64,000 nucleotides of DNA from Podarcis filfolensis (lineage: Eukaryota), in assembly GCA_964270895.1 (NCBI GenBank), contig OZ185436.1. One strand, given 5' to 3'. Shown here piece after piece: positions 25,560-39,379 of the stretch. Positions within the stretch are counted from its first letter, which is position 1; every line of letters begins with the position of its first letter. Both the position numbers and the translations under genes were made by a program. Below the pieces are notes generated by a model. The model did no database searches. It saw nothing but the letters and a program-made list of their open reading frames with translations, and had not been told where the DNA came from.

Positions 25560-26530
25560 TGGGGAAATAAAATGTGTCTGCCTAGCAAGGTAAGTACTAG
25601 GCAAGCCTCTTTGGACAAGGCTTTCCGCAGCCGGGGTGCCACCACCAAAAAGGCCCTTTATCCATTAGTCAGCCCACTGAGACCCCCTGGAGAAGGGCTT
25701 TTTTTGAAGATTTTAAAGTTAGGGTATGTGCATATGGAGACCAGGGATTCTTCTGGTGCACTGGTCCCAAGCCACAAAGGTCTAAATCGGCAGATTGAAT
25801 TTGGCCTGGAAACAAACTGAGAAGCGCATGGGAAATTACCAGTGTGGTATTCTCATACTACCCAGTTCCAGCAATCATGTACACAACTCTATGAACTTCC
25901 TGGACTATACTCAAAGGTTCCTCCACACAAAATGTGTTACAGTAGACCAAACAGGAGCTTTGATAACTGAAGCCAAGCTAACCCTGTCTACGTAGAGTCA
26001 TAGTTGATACACAAGCCTAACTTGGCAAAACCAAGCCAAATAAGGAACCTGAGCTTTCCAGTGGAAAAAAAATGGATTAAGGTGGAGTCTTGAGGGCTCA
26101 AGCAGTTATTACTCCAGCACTACATTCTAAAATTGCTCGTCTGCATAGGAATTCTCTAACTCAGGCAACCCAGCTAGAAGCATACCATGGTTGGCGGTAT
26201 TGATATCTGCTGAGACATCCAGGAGAAATAGGACACACACAGCATTTCTTTCCCAGCAATGGTCCTCCCACAGGGTAACTATAGCATGTTCTGCGTCAAA
26301 ACCAAGCCTGAAATTATCTAGAAGTATGAATGCCTGGCGCTGACCAAGAACTAACTGCATGAGCACCTTGCCCAGGAAGGGAATGTTAATCACCAGCCAG
26401 TAGCTTTTTCAAACCTTCAAGGTCCAATACAGGTTTTCTACAGATGTGGTCATACCACAGCCTCCTTAAAGCCCACATGGGCCACCATGTCTCTCAATGG
26501 ACGTAACTGGACACCCCCCTTCTACTATAT
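25560..26530 (-). mobile_element. Degenerate L2 LINE relic (RT region)
   Basis: ORF 26127-26393 gives FLGKVL...GF..EHA...LLDVSADINTANHGMLL, a decayed L2 RT motif (FLGKVLE...LLDLSAAFDTIDHGILL). Confidence 0.6.
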
Positions 26531-28271
26531 TTAATAAGCTGAGACAGACAAGAATAAAGCAAACAGGTGGTTGGCTGAACTTGGCCAAACAGCTTGTATA
26601 ACTGAGTCATTCAACAAAATAACCCAGATGGTGCCTTGGTTGCCTCCATTGACTGATCTGCATTGCGGTGGATAGGAGGAATGCCCTATAAACGTCTCTT
26701 TGTCAATTAGATTTGGGTATGCTGAGAACGCCAGAAGCTGCGTGCCACACCCCTGCCTGATTCTCCAACAGGTCAGGACTAAGACTTTCGAACATTATGT
26801 CCGTCACCTACTAAGTTGTAGGTTGACTTTCCTAACAAAAATTGTAATATGATGTAGATTGCCTTCAGATATTTCATATCCTCTGTCCTCTGGATTAACA
26901 TATTTTTTCATTTGTGCTTTGATGTTTGTGATCAAATAAACTAGACCCATTCTTCTTCATCAGCGATTACGATGAGGTCCCTAAGCGACTGCAAAAGTTA
27001 AACCTTCTTTAAAGTGTTAATGGCATCACTGTGATTACCGGACAAAGCAAAGCTGTAATTTTTTATTTCATTTATATTTTCTTCTTCTTCTTCTTTGTGA
27101 TCCACCTTGAATTTTTATAAGGAAAGGCACCACGCAAATATTTTAAATAAATAATAAACAATCTTAACAAATGGCAAGTTGCAGTAGACACTTCCCAGAC
27201 TGCTACAAGGAAATTGCTTTGCAGAAATTCAAGAACCAAAGATGAACTCAATGAGCCCTGACCACTGGATTAGACTGGAACAGGTCATAATAATCTTAGA
27301 AAATAGGTAATACTTTTTCAGCCTGGATGTTTCTGCTCAATCTGTATCATATGTCTTCAGTAAAGCAATTCCAGAATAACTTCAGGTAGGCTGTTTGGGC
27401 AGTAAATTACCATCCCTTAAAGATTTGTGCCATTTTGACAAGATTTATCTAAACGGCATCTATCTGCCTCTAAAACCCACTATGCTTTTAAAAACTAAAA
27501 TGAGTGATTGTTTGTGTGTTCCCGTTTCATCTGCATAGTTCACACTGTGACAGAAAAAGCCTGCTCCCGTGCCCCTCCATTTTCTGCAAGTGAAGGATAG
27601 CATGTATGCAAACAGCTCCTGAAAACACAAACCTCAGGAAATGTGCTGTCTGGCAGGAAATTTGGAAAATCCCAGTGATATATATTTATGTCTACCCAGG
27701 GGGTGCCTAGTATCCCCTCTCGCCTCCAAAAGGTGTCAATCCCCTTTACCTGCTGAATATGAACATTGTCAAAAGGAGCAGGTGCTACTCAAACCAACCT
27801 GGAAGAGTCCCTAAAAGTGAGCTGAGCTTTGCAGCTTTCGTCCCTGTCTGAAAGGATAAAGGGTCCGTTCCATCCTTTATCCTCATCTATCAGGAAACCT
27901 TGCAACTAACCAACTGCACTCTGTTACATGTGAATAGGCTGAGGCGTCTACTTGTAAGTTCCTAGGTCAGTACAGTACTAGGATTTCCTAGGTTTCTTTT
28001 CCAGCATGTTGGTAAGGTCCCACCAGGAGTCTCAGATTTGAACAAAACTGGAGAACGGCACAAGCAAATGTACAAGTATCTCTTGCACACTTCTTGGGTG
28101 GGGAAACTTAAAAAAAACCACAAGGTGCATACACAGCTATTTCCCCTTTTGTCATTATAGGATCAACAAATCTGAAGGCAGGGACAAACGGAAAAGGGAA
28201 CATCTACTGGTATGTATGGGAAAGCCCCAAATTTCCTACTCCTTATACACAAATTCAAATACTGGGCTAAA

Positions 28272-28420
28272 AAAGGTAAAGGACCCCTGACAGTTAAGTC
28301 CAGTTGTGAATGACTCTGGGGTTGTGGCACTCATCTTGCTTTACTGGTCGAGGGAGCCGACGTTTGTCCGCGGACAGTTTTTCCGGGTCATGTGGCCAGC
28401 ATAACTAAGCCGCGTCTGGC
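28272..28420 (-). mobile_element. Sauria SINE, 5'-truncated
   Basis: 3' tail and body only. Confidence 0.8.
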
Positions 28421-29549
28421 TACTCTGGTCTAATTCGAACAGGGGAATTGTGGAAACGTAGCTTAATAATGTTCATATATGGACAAGCCCTGAAAGGTCA
28501 TCAGAAACCCTCAATCCTGCATTTGATTCTATGCATGTAAGTGTTGTTTTTTTTAGAAACTAACTAACTAACATGCTCACATGTGGGCACAGGCTCAAGG
28601 CCTTTGTGGGTAAAATCCTATACCCTCTAGTCTGAGAATTAGCCTCACTGTATTCAGTGGGACTTCCTTCTAAGTAGAAATGTATAGTATGACACTATCA
28701 TGATGGTTATGTTGGATGTTGTATAACAAGGCACATCACCTAAGCCTTCAAGTGCCTTTGGGGAACCTTTTCTCATTTTTTCCTAATCCAACACTTGACC
28801 AAGAATCATTTCTGAACAATGAATGGCTTTGTTTAATTGTCTTCACAAGGATGATGGGAAATGTCAGGTACTCATGGAATATTAAGATTTGCTGCCCAAG
28901 TTGTCAAACTTGTTTTATCTAAAAAGGCACAGTGATCTTTAAGGTTAGCACCTGACAGTTTACTATATATTTTTGCTGAGGTCTCTGGTGTTAACAGCAG
29001 TGCCATCGCGGACTGAATTTGGGGGGATGTGGGGGAGAGAAGAGACTGAATTTCATCAAACAATATTAATTTGAATCCAGATATTCAAGTAATATATTTG
29101 ATGTGAAACACTGTGTTAACCAAAAATGTCCTGTTAATCTGTAATGTACAAATTCTTACAGAGCAGAACTGAATAAAAATCATTATATAAGGATTTTTTT
29201 TTAACAGTGAGGCAGGATTGTAGGTTTCAGCTGAAGTTCAAATAAAAATCTGCAACCATCAACATATTTAAAAACAATCAAATCACAAGATTCTGGGGGT
29301 TAATTTATGTTTCGATTTATGTGCATGTTTATGTTATCATTTTCTTACATTATCTGTTTTGTCAACACTTAATTGAAAGCCTAAGTAAACAAATGTTTCT
29401 TTAAAAAGAGACAAAAGGAACATTCATACAGAGAAACAGTCTATGTGGCTGTTACAACTACAGCCCATCAGTAAATCTATTTAAAAATCCTGGGCAAGTA
29501 AAAAGGTCCTTGGTGATTTTTTTTTATAAAAAAAAACACCATAAGAATG

Positions 29550-29783
29550 CAGTGGTACCTCGGGTTAAGTATTTAATTCGTTCCAGAGGTCCATTCTTAA
29601 CTTGAAATTGTTCTTAACCTGAAGCACCACTTTAGCTAATGGGGTCTCCCGCTGCTGCCGGAGCACGATTTCTGTTCTCATCCTGAAGCAAAGTTCTTAA
29701 CCTGAGGTAATATTTCTGGGTTAGCGGAGTATGTAACCTGAAGCGTATGTAACCTGAGGCGTATGTAACCTGAGGTACCACTG
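29550..29783. mobile_element. Tc1/mariner MITE family A
   Basis: CAGTGGTACCTCGGG ... GAGGTACCACTG|TA. Confidence 0.88.
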
Positions 29784-30147
29784 TACCAAGCAAGCCTCTC
29801 CACTGGTAACCAAGTGAAGATGCCTGGGCATCAGGATGGTGCCTGACATCTCCACCATCTGGAGGTGCATGCCTGGGGATCACTGGATCTTGCCTGTTTT
29901 CACACACTAATACCCCATCCTGTAGAGTTCTATCAGTTATATTTTTTCTGCACAATTGGAATGAATTTCAGGAACCAAAATGCTTTTTTGTGCAGTCTGA
30001 GCAGGAGTTGTGAACAACGTTATAGTTAATTGTTGTAGCTTGTCTTCACTTAACCCACCCCACTGTCCCGCTCACAGTTGTGAAGAATATCCCTACGTTA
30101 TGAATGGTCCAGGTCACCATTAAGAAAAACAGGTAGAAATAAGTATA

Positions 30148-30356
30148 CAGTGGCACCTCGGGTTACATACGCTTCAGGTTACAGACTCCGCTAACCCAGA
30201 AATAAGAACTTTGCTTCAGGATGAGAACAGAAATCGTGCTCCGGCAGCGCGGCGGCAGCAGGAGGCCCCATTAGCTAAAGTGGTGCTTCAGGTTAAGAAC
30301 AGTTTCAGGTTAAGAACGGACCTCCGGAACAAATTAAGTACTTAACCCAAGGTACC

Positions 30357-30360
<4 letters not shown>
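30148..30360. mobile_element. Tc1/mariner MITE family A with small internal deletion, followed by (TG)n
   Basis: TA|CAGTGGCACCTC ... GGTACCACTG, then about 18 TG units (30361-30397). Confidence 0.85.
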
Positions 30361-30400
<40 letters not shown>

Positions 30401-30752
30401 CAGACTGTCCCAGGATCTAGTGGCTTTTCTTCTTTAAGTTCTCAAAGTTCTTAACCTAGCTCAGGATGGTCATCTGAACTAGCCAGATGTCACAATCAGT
30501 CCGTCATTTGAAAAATAAGGGTTTAGAGCCATATTGCCCAAAAATGGAAACAAGACCGCTGTTTTGATGACTGTAACCTTGGTTTAAGAAGCTATTTGGC
30601 GCCTAGCTTATATATCTGTGTTTCTAACCCTGCTTTAAAATCAATGCTCTTATTATAGTTTTCCAACATTGGCTCTTTCCTTATATTGTGCTGTTCCAAA
30701 TAACAACCAGAGTTACGAAACCAGCCCATACTGTGGGCTCAAGCGAATAAGT

Positions 30753-31003
30753 CATGGGTAGGCAAACTAAGGCCAGGGGGCCGGATCCGGCCCAATCGCC
30801 TTCAAATTCCGGCCCGCGGACGGTCTGGGAATCAGCGTGTTTTTACATGAGTAGAATGTGTCCTTTTATTTAATATGCATCACTTGGTTACATGTGGGGC
30901 ATAGGAATTTGTTCATTTTTTTCTTCAAAATATAGTCCGGCCCCTGACAAGGTCTGAGGGACAGTGGACCACCCCCCTGGTGAAAAAGTTTGCTGACCCC
31001 CTG
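30753..31003. mobile_element. hAT-Charlie type MITE
   Basis: CATGGGTAGGCAAAC ... GTTTGCTGACCCCCTG with 8-bp TSD GAATA(A/G)GT. Confidence 0.8.
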
Positions 31004-32714
31004 GAATAGGTCATCAAGGGGTTTCTTTTTGTTACAACAAATCCAATGTTATCAGGTCTCATGAGTAACAAAAATTATACAAACACCAAAAAAACCCTAA
31101 AATAAAAATCTGAAAATGTATCAGTAGCACATAATGGTTGTCATCTTATGCAGCAATTTCAGTTTTCAGGGTAAGTTTGACAGACAAAATTCTATGCATG
31201 ACATTTCTTCAAAACAGCTTACTGTTACCAAGTCTTTTTTTTTTAGTTCTGCCTTAAAGAGAAGACAGACCTGACATTCTCAGGCAGGTCACAGTGGGTT
31301 CTTCACCCACAAGGTGAACTTGGAGCCACAACACATGTTACAGACATAAAGAAAATATAACAAACGCAAAGCAAGTCTGTCAATCCAATCTTGCCCCACT
31401 TCTTGCGCTGCATATAGCCACCTGCCATTTATTAAACCAGCATATATTTGTGTATACACACACCCTAAAGTTCAATCATAATTATAATAAATGTTCCACT
31501 GCGAGCAAAATGCACTCCACAGCTGGATTCAGATGCTGAAACTGTCCAGGAATGAGCAATTATTTTAGTAGGTTAGCCCTGGAATATAACATATAATGCA
31601 GGTCTCAAAACAGATTGAGGGTATTTTTGAAAACCGAAAGGCAGGAAAAGGGCAAGAAACCCTTTCCCAACCTCTATCGTATGCTGCCAGCCAGTGTGAT
31701 GGAAAACCAAGGCAATTAGCAAACAAGGCAAAAAAGAAAAAAAAGAAAAAAAAAGCAGCATTTAAGTGTCCAATTCTCATTAAGAGACACTGGACAATCA
31801 TAAGTCTCCAACCAGGGATCTCACCGAAGGGGTGGGGATGGGTGGACATTTGTCAAGACTAGCACCCGAAATTTGCTAGTAGCCAGCAATTAGCTCCATA
31901 AGGCTTACAGAGTTAAGGGAAGATTTAGTAAGATCCATAAAGGCTTTACTGTTTTCCCCCAACCCATTGTTTCCATGAGCAGCCGTTTATTTTCCTCTGT
32001 AAAGACTTGTTTTCCACTCTTGCTGCAAATAGAAGTTAGTCAGATGAACCAACCATTTGAAGCAAAGGGGAAGAAGGGAGGGGGGGTGGAAAAGAAAGAG
32101 GCTGGATTGTTTGAAACATTTGAAAAGCCAGCCTGGGAGAAACCCATTTGTATTTTTAAACAAACAGCAAAAAGCTAATGTAGCTATCAAACTGGCAGCA
32201 CATTAAACACCAAAGAAAATGTTTTCCTGGCGATCAGTGTGTGTGCTGACACTAAATGGCTTCTGGCGGTGGCACAGAGAAAACTCCATGAAAAACTGGG
32301 GGAGCCTGTGCAAAGGGGCAAGACGGAGACACAGCAATCAGAAAAGGAAAGCCCATACAGCTTCGTATCATTCTCGCGGCTGCTGGGTTGCAAATGTTTT
32401 GGAGCACATTTGCAAACCTTGTGGAGTTCTCACAGCTGAAAGACGGGAGGGAGTCAATGGTTTTGTGGAGATCTTTGATTAACACACATATCACTGGGGG
32501 GGGGCATTTCAAGTTTCTGTGGGTCAACAGTTAATGTTTAGGCTCCCCAGATTTTTCCAGCAGCAGTTGCAGAGAAGGATCACATTAGTACAGGAGTAGG
32601 CATCAGATGCTACACTATTACTGTCTCCCACCTGCCTCAAACCACGAGCAATAGTTAGAAGGCTGAGAATCTGAAACTTTCATTAAAACGTATTTGCAGG
32701 CCTCATGCATGAAT

Positions 32715-33405
32715 GCACAGGGACTAAGACCTGGCCACAGTGATCCATGCGGCGGTCACCTCCAGGCTTGACTACTGTAATTCGCTCTACGCGGGGCTGC
32801 CCTTGAAGCTGTCCCAGAAACTCCAGCGGGTGTAAAATGCTGCAGCGAGGCTCCTCACAGGGTCTCTGCCATGGAAGCATATTCGCCCAGTGCTTTTCCA
32901 GCTACACTGGCTCCCAGTGGAGTACAGGGTCAGATTTAAGGTGCTGGTTTTGACCTTTAAAGGCCTTCACACCCTAGAACTCTCATATCTACGGGACCAC
33001 CTCTCCTGGTATGCCCCATGGAGGACCTTAAGGTCCATAAATAGCAACACCCTAGAGGTTCTGGGCCCTAAGGAAGTTAGATTAGCCTCAACCAGAGCCA
33101 GGGCCTTCTCAACACTGGCTCCGGCCTGGTGGAACGCTTTGTCTCATGAGACCAGGGTCCTGCGGGATCTGATTTCTTTCCGCAGGGCCTGTAAGACAGA
33201 GTTGTTCCGCCTGGCCTTTGGCTTAGATTCAGTTTGATTCCCTCCCCCTCTCTCTTTTTCCTTTCTCCTCCTGTGAAGAGGCTGTATCCTAATGTTTTAA
33301 TGTTGTATTTTAATCTTGTTTTTAAAATTGTATTTAAACAACTTGTTTTTATTATTGGTTGTTAGCCGCCTTGAGCCTGGTCTTGGCTGGGGAGGGCAGG
33401 GTATA

Positions 33406-33440
<35 letters not shown>
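32715..33440 (+). mobile_element. L2 LINE 3' end with (AAT)n tail
   Basis: LHWLPVEYRVRFKVLVLTFK peptide, tgttagccgccttgagcc 3' motif and AAT tail. Confidence 0.9.
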
Positions 33441-33443
<3 letters not shown>

Positions 33444-36400
33444 AAACATTCCCAAAGCCCTGCCGTTTCATGATTTCAAAGAACTGGATCAGTTTTGAAC
33501 ATTTTAGTTACCCGTTTGGTTGGACAGAAGTCAAGACTTATCTATGCTACACGGGATCTGGTCATAGCTGTAAGAATGTAAAATGATGCGGGCATTCTAA
33601 GCAAAGTTAAGCATTGCTAATTGCGTGCTTATCTTTCCCGTGTTAATTACTATAAACTTGAAATGCGTATGAGCAGTGGCCCCTTGGTTCACAATATGTT
33701 TCTGATGGGTATCTGCTCCTCCATCAGCACACCACCAGCTTGTTTTACGGTTATGCATCTTCTACACTCCCACACTTTAATATTAAAAGTATTTAACATT
33801 TCAATTTAGCATTTCCTACATGCTCGTTCCAACAGAACTCTTGATATCTCCCTTAGGCCTATCTTTGCAGGCTAATGCACTTTAATTTTGTTCTTTAGAA
33901 GAAATTTACATACAAATTCCCTCAAACAGCTTCCACCAGGGAGCTGCTTTTTTCAAACAACTAAGCGCATATGACAACATGTTTCGGTCCTTCTGAAGGA
34001 AGTTAAAGACTTGCGATGAAGATGCCGCCAATAATAATTGACTTGTGGACCACTGCCAAGATCCAAACACCAGTATTACTTCATGCAGGGAGATTCATGC
34101 TCCCTGTCAACTTGATTTTGCAGAACAATTCTCAGAAAGATTGCAACAGAAAGAGGCAGAGAAATTTCCCACCTTCCCTATTTCCCATGCTACCCTCATC
34201 TCCCCCATAGGAGCCAAAACTTGTGCCACAGAAATAGGGAAGAGACATTATGAGGAGTAGATTTACAAGGGACGAAGAGAGAGTAGCAGGTAGCCATAAA
34301 AGAAATGGTGATTGTTTTCCGCCCTAGTGTATATAATAAATCAGAAGTCAATGAACTTTTCCAGACATTGGAATCGAAAGGTCTAACACTGTACCACATT
34401 TTATTAGCTAGTGGATTGTTCCTGTGAGGATTCCCAGGCAAATCTCTAGTGGTGATGGACAGGGGAATTCCATGTCAGCAATTCGGGGAAAGAAACTTCA
34501 GCTCAAGAGAATTTTCATCCCCAGGAATGTGGGCAAACAATTCTCCTGTTAGTACAGTTTGCTCGTCAAATTTGTATGGTAATCACATAGGAATAATCCT
34601 CCAGCAGACAAAACGTTGTGAAACTGTGCAGTGCAATTTACGATCACAACCTAATTATCATATGGGCAATTATTTGAGTGCTCATCAATACAGTATTACA
34701 AAGACACACGTTTTTTTAAAAAAACACACACACCAAAAAAGCCCCACACACTTACTTCTTCAGCACATGTCTAGAGTGAGTCACAAAAGTTAGTCCAACA
34801 TTTGCCCACCAACCCAAGACAGAGTAGCGCTTACCATTAAAAGTAAAGCTGTATACCACTTCTGAACACTGATATTTCTACAAGTACTAATGAAATCCAA
34901 CTAATGTTGCTCATGAAAGGCACACAGTCGTTCCAGATTGAAAAGGTCCACAGTAACTCAGCTTCTCTCTCTTGCCTGCCACAGAGCTCACCCTGACACT
35001 TTACGCCTCTCTCCCTGCAACTGAACTCAGATAACCTCCATCTCGCAGGGTGGAAGGCCAAATACTTGTGACCCTATAATTTTATTATGTACAGGCTTCC
35101 CCTGGCTAAATCAATTTCAAAAAGAAATTTGTATCCCTCTTGGGGAAAAGGGTTAACTGCTAGGCACTATTACCATCAGCTATAAATGGCGACACATATA
35201 GAGAGCTGTGGTGAACCACTTTCATTCCACAAGTGGAGTCACAGAGAGCTAACCAACAACAGTCACACTCAGAGCAAAGTCCACCACCAAATATAACTAA
35301 CATTTGCTATCTCCAACAGATCACTAAGGTGTCAGGCTGGCAACTGCCATATACTTATAGAGTGCTTTGGAAAGATGAAAAAATGTTTCCTGTACAATAC
35401 AATAGCCTAGTTCACATGCAACAAACGAGTCTAGCTTGTGAAGCGTAAATCCAGACTCCTAGAGGCTTATTCCTCTCCAAAAGCCCTGCAAGTGGAAGCC
35501 AAAGTTGGTCCTTCTTTGGAATGAAAGAAGGTTGCAGTAGCTGGGTTCTCACGTCGTGACAAGCCAGACTCTAGTTTGTTTCCTCCCATATGGAGCAAAG
35601 TCAGCAATGGGGAGGAGCAAAGTGCTGGTGTAAATTAAACCATGGTTTGTTTTTATAAACCATGGTTTAACATTACATGCAAATTAGTTCAATATGTACT
35701 GTCTTGTCACCTCAAGAAATGAGAGAGGTATGCTGAGTTAACCTTTAAAAAAGACTTTAAAAAGACTTGGTCTAAGGGCATAGAAAGAATGGTGCTCACA
35801 TTATGGAAAGTCCTTCTAGTAATCAGGGGTGGAGAACCTTTTTTCTGTCTCCAGGACTATGTACCAGTGATAGGCATGTCTAGAAGCAAAAGTAGTATGG
35901 CCAGACCTAAAACTGGGGGAGCAACAGATGTGACTTATCTGTATACAATAAGCTACATTCCAGCCACGCAAAAGACAAAGGTTTCTACATATCTAAGCAA
36001 GCAAGAGCCACTATAACAATTAAAGGACACTCCTGAGAAGGGCTTGAAGCAGTGCTAGTGAGGGGTATAGCCTGAGGGGAGCCCTCAAGACCAGATAGGG
36101 AGGCCCCAAGTCCTGTGACTTCTCTTCCCTGAAGTAAATGCTTGCCAGGGTCATAGCAAGTACACATGTCAATATGGTTGTGCATAGGAAACATGAGAAG
36201 CTTTAGGTATTTTAAGATTCTGCACTATTTTATTTTTTGATATTTTGAGACACAACCCACTCTGAGTCTCCAAGGTGAGCTGTATATGCATCCAGATAAA
36301 CTAACAGGAATAACTTCCGGGACAAGGGATTTCAGTCAAGGAGTCTGATCCAAACATGAAAATTAATCATTTGGCTGATCTTCTCAGTAAAAGAAAAACT

Positions 36401-39379
36401 TCAGGAGGCTACAGCTAACTTGAGTCAAAAGTCTTGCTGAGCTTTTGCTTGGATCTATGACAGTTCCCTGTTCCAGTTTTTAAGCTTACCTTCTCCTATG
36501 AACTAGAGTAATACAACAACATTGCTAAATAGTGTGAAAAGAATAAGAGGCAACTGAAAGATTCACCATGATGGTCAAGTCCGCCCTATGTAGGCTTAGT
36601 CCAGGCCACCAAAAGACTAAATAAGAAGTTTGCTACATAATGTTAATGGCTGAGGCAAATCTAAACAACTCTTACCATTAAAGAGCAGGTACCAGGAATA
36701 GTTCTCTATGATTTTTTGCCATACTGGTAGGCTATTCAGTCTGAGGGAGGTTCTGACAAAACGTCCTGGGGTGATCTTGAGACCACAAAAAGGAAACAAG
36801 GTTGGAAGTGGTTGTTGAAGCACATACAGCCCAAACCATTTTAAAACAGGAAGCTGAAATACAAGAGAAAAGGCCACTTTCTCCTGCTGCTCAACAGCCT
36901 GCCTTCAAGGTGTGGTGGCAAAGGCCACACCATCCATTTATCGTGATTACAGATTTTTAACTTGTCAAAGCGTAATCAGTACTATTCATAAGAAACAAAG
37001 CTTTCACCTTAGATAAGCCTGGAATACAATAGCAGAGGAAGTGTTATGGTTTCACATGGTTGTTAGCAACGAAGTGGTCCATGGAGAACCGGTGTAGCAT
37101 AGCAGCTTGGAGAATGAACTAGGAATCAGGATGTGTCTGGTTCAAATCCCTCCTTTGCCATGAACTAAATAGGTTGCCTGAGGCAAGCTATTTTCTCTCA
37201 GCCTTACAATTGCTAATACAATAATCACACTGTCCCTACCCTACATGGTTGTTGTACGGATAACAAGTTAACGTATGTGAATGATTTAGAACAATCTCAT
37301 TATATAAATGCTAAGCATCATAGTTCTTTGTATGCATGACTGCAAGCTCTAACCTTGGAAGTGAGTCATTTAAAAACAGTGGGATTTACTAAGAATTAGC
37401 CACATATAAGAGCGGAAGAATAGACCTGAGAGAGAGAATCCCAAAGCTTATCATAAAGTATTGCAGTAACAAATAATGTCCACATTTGATTGTCAAAGAA
37501 ACTCAGTGAGATGAGTTTACACAATACACTGTGATAGTTAAGAACAAATATGAAACACTAGCATCTTGAAGTGGGCAACAAGAACATTGTTCCTTTTAGA
37601 CAAAGGAACTACCATGGCTTAGAAAGTGGCATGGTTTCTAATGCACAGTTCGCCCGGGCTACCCCTGCACTTTACACCATTTGAATAAGTCAGCAGAGAA
37701 GTTCGTCTTGAAACCTAACAACCAGTTTGGGGATAAAAAGCCTATCCACAAAGCCGGTGCCAGCTCATGTGACTTAAATGCACCAAACTAAGAAACTTGA
37801 AACCTTCTTAAGATTCACTGGCCTGATACATGTCTAGCAGCATTAAACATATGCTAGAGAATGAATGAAGTCCTGCCTTTATCTGATGAGCCTCAACTGA
37901 CTTGGAAAGAACATTTTGCCCCATGAATAACGCTTTCAGGTGTATATTGTTGCATTCATGACAATGAGAGTCAGCTTGGTTCTGAGACTCTGCTAGGTGG
38001 GATCCAATAACTCAACAATACACATCTCCCAACAAACACTGGCTATTTAGAGAATTTGCCACTTCATAAATATAAAGAAGCAATAGAAAATTAAGGCTGA
38101 TAATCCAAATGCATGCCAGGAAAAGCATGGCAGACACCTTTCCAACATAACCTTGTTAATATCACACTGAAAATGTCAGAAACTCTTGCACAACTGTGTC
38201 ATACTTAATAAAACTCCAACTATATTTTTAAGGAACCTCATACACACAGAGAAGAGAGCATGTGGAACAAATTGTCCTACTCTAGCACACCCAGCTCTCT
38301 TAAGTATAGTTCCACCTTCTCAAACTCCACACCTCCTCTATTCATTGCAGATGCAAAAGCAGCCAAATTTGGGAGCTAGGCAAGCTGGAATTCAGTCCTT
38401 CAATTCCAGAACAAGATGCCCATTACAGCTTACCAGTATTTCTCTTAGCAGGATACTATGGTGGTTTGAATAAAGAAAACAGTACTCCAAAAATGTAAAT
38501 CCTGATATATTAGTGTAGAAGAAACTCAACTAAAGCAAAACAGTGAAAATGAACTTTTCATACTATAAGCCTAAAAGTTTCCACATTTCCCCAAGCAAAG
38601 GAGCGTTTTTTGTTTCAGTTTTAGACTGCATTTTTAGGGGAGATACTCACATTCCTGTTACTTTTCTCTTGCTCTCTCACACATACAACCACCCCGGAAA
38701 TAATATACTAGTCTCATTGCACAAGGGAAATATTAAAAGTTTAATTTAGCAAGAGCTGGAAATGGGAAGTGATTGGAATTTAGACTAACCAGGCTACTAG
38801 CAAAGCTTATCATCAAGAGAAGGTTTGTTTCCTTTCAGAGGTAACCACAGATAACCAGGCATCTAAGTCTTCATTCAGATTCTTCTCTGCAAGAAGGATG
38901 CAGTCAGAAGAGTACAGTAAACAAGCATGCTCCCAAATCTATCAATTCCTCCTTCACCTTCGATTACTGATGCATAATAAGGGATGCATTAGAGGAGGCA
39001 ACTACACTCCACGCTGTACAACGCTGTACTTTTCTCCCAGGGAGAAAAGTACCTTTTGCTAAAGACTTCATGGCAGCCCATCAGAATACAACACTCACAA
39101 CCTGTGTGTGTGTGTGTGTGTGGCCAGGACCATGTGTGTGGACAAAAAACAGATGCACGCGCAATGCGGAGCCAAACCTATTCAAAACCTGAACGATGGG
39201 ATTCAAATCCATAGCCTGGCACAAGACAAGAGCCTGCATTTCGTTGCTTGTTTCCAGCATGTTCAGAGTAACACTACCCTGAAGTGACAGGTACCTCTCC
39301 TTCCTTGCGTCCCACTTCTTCTCCAACCCGTATGGCAGACACCATCCCGAAACAACCGCCTCCAGTCAGTCCCCGCCAC

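Noticed and set aside
28780-29100. Possible old L1 ORF2 relic (KIYSKL...TTWAANLNIP)
   Set aside because: Similarity too weak to support a call by eye.
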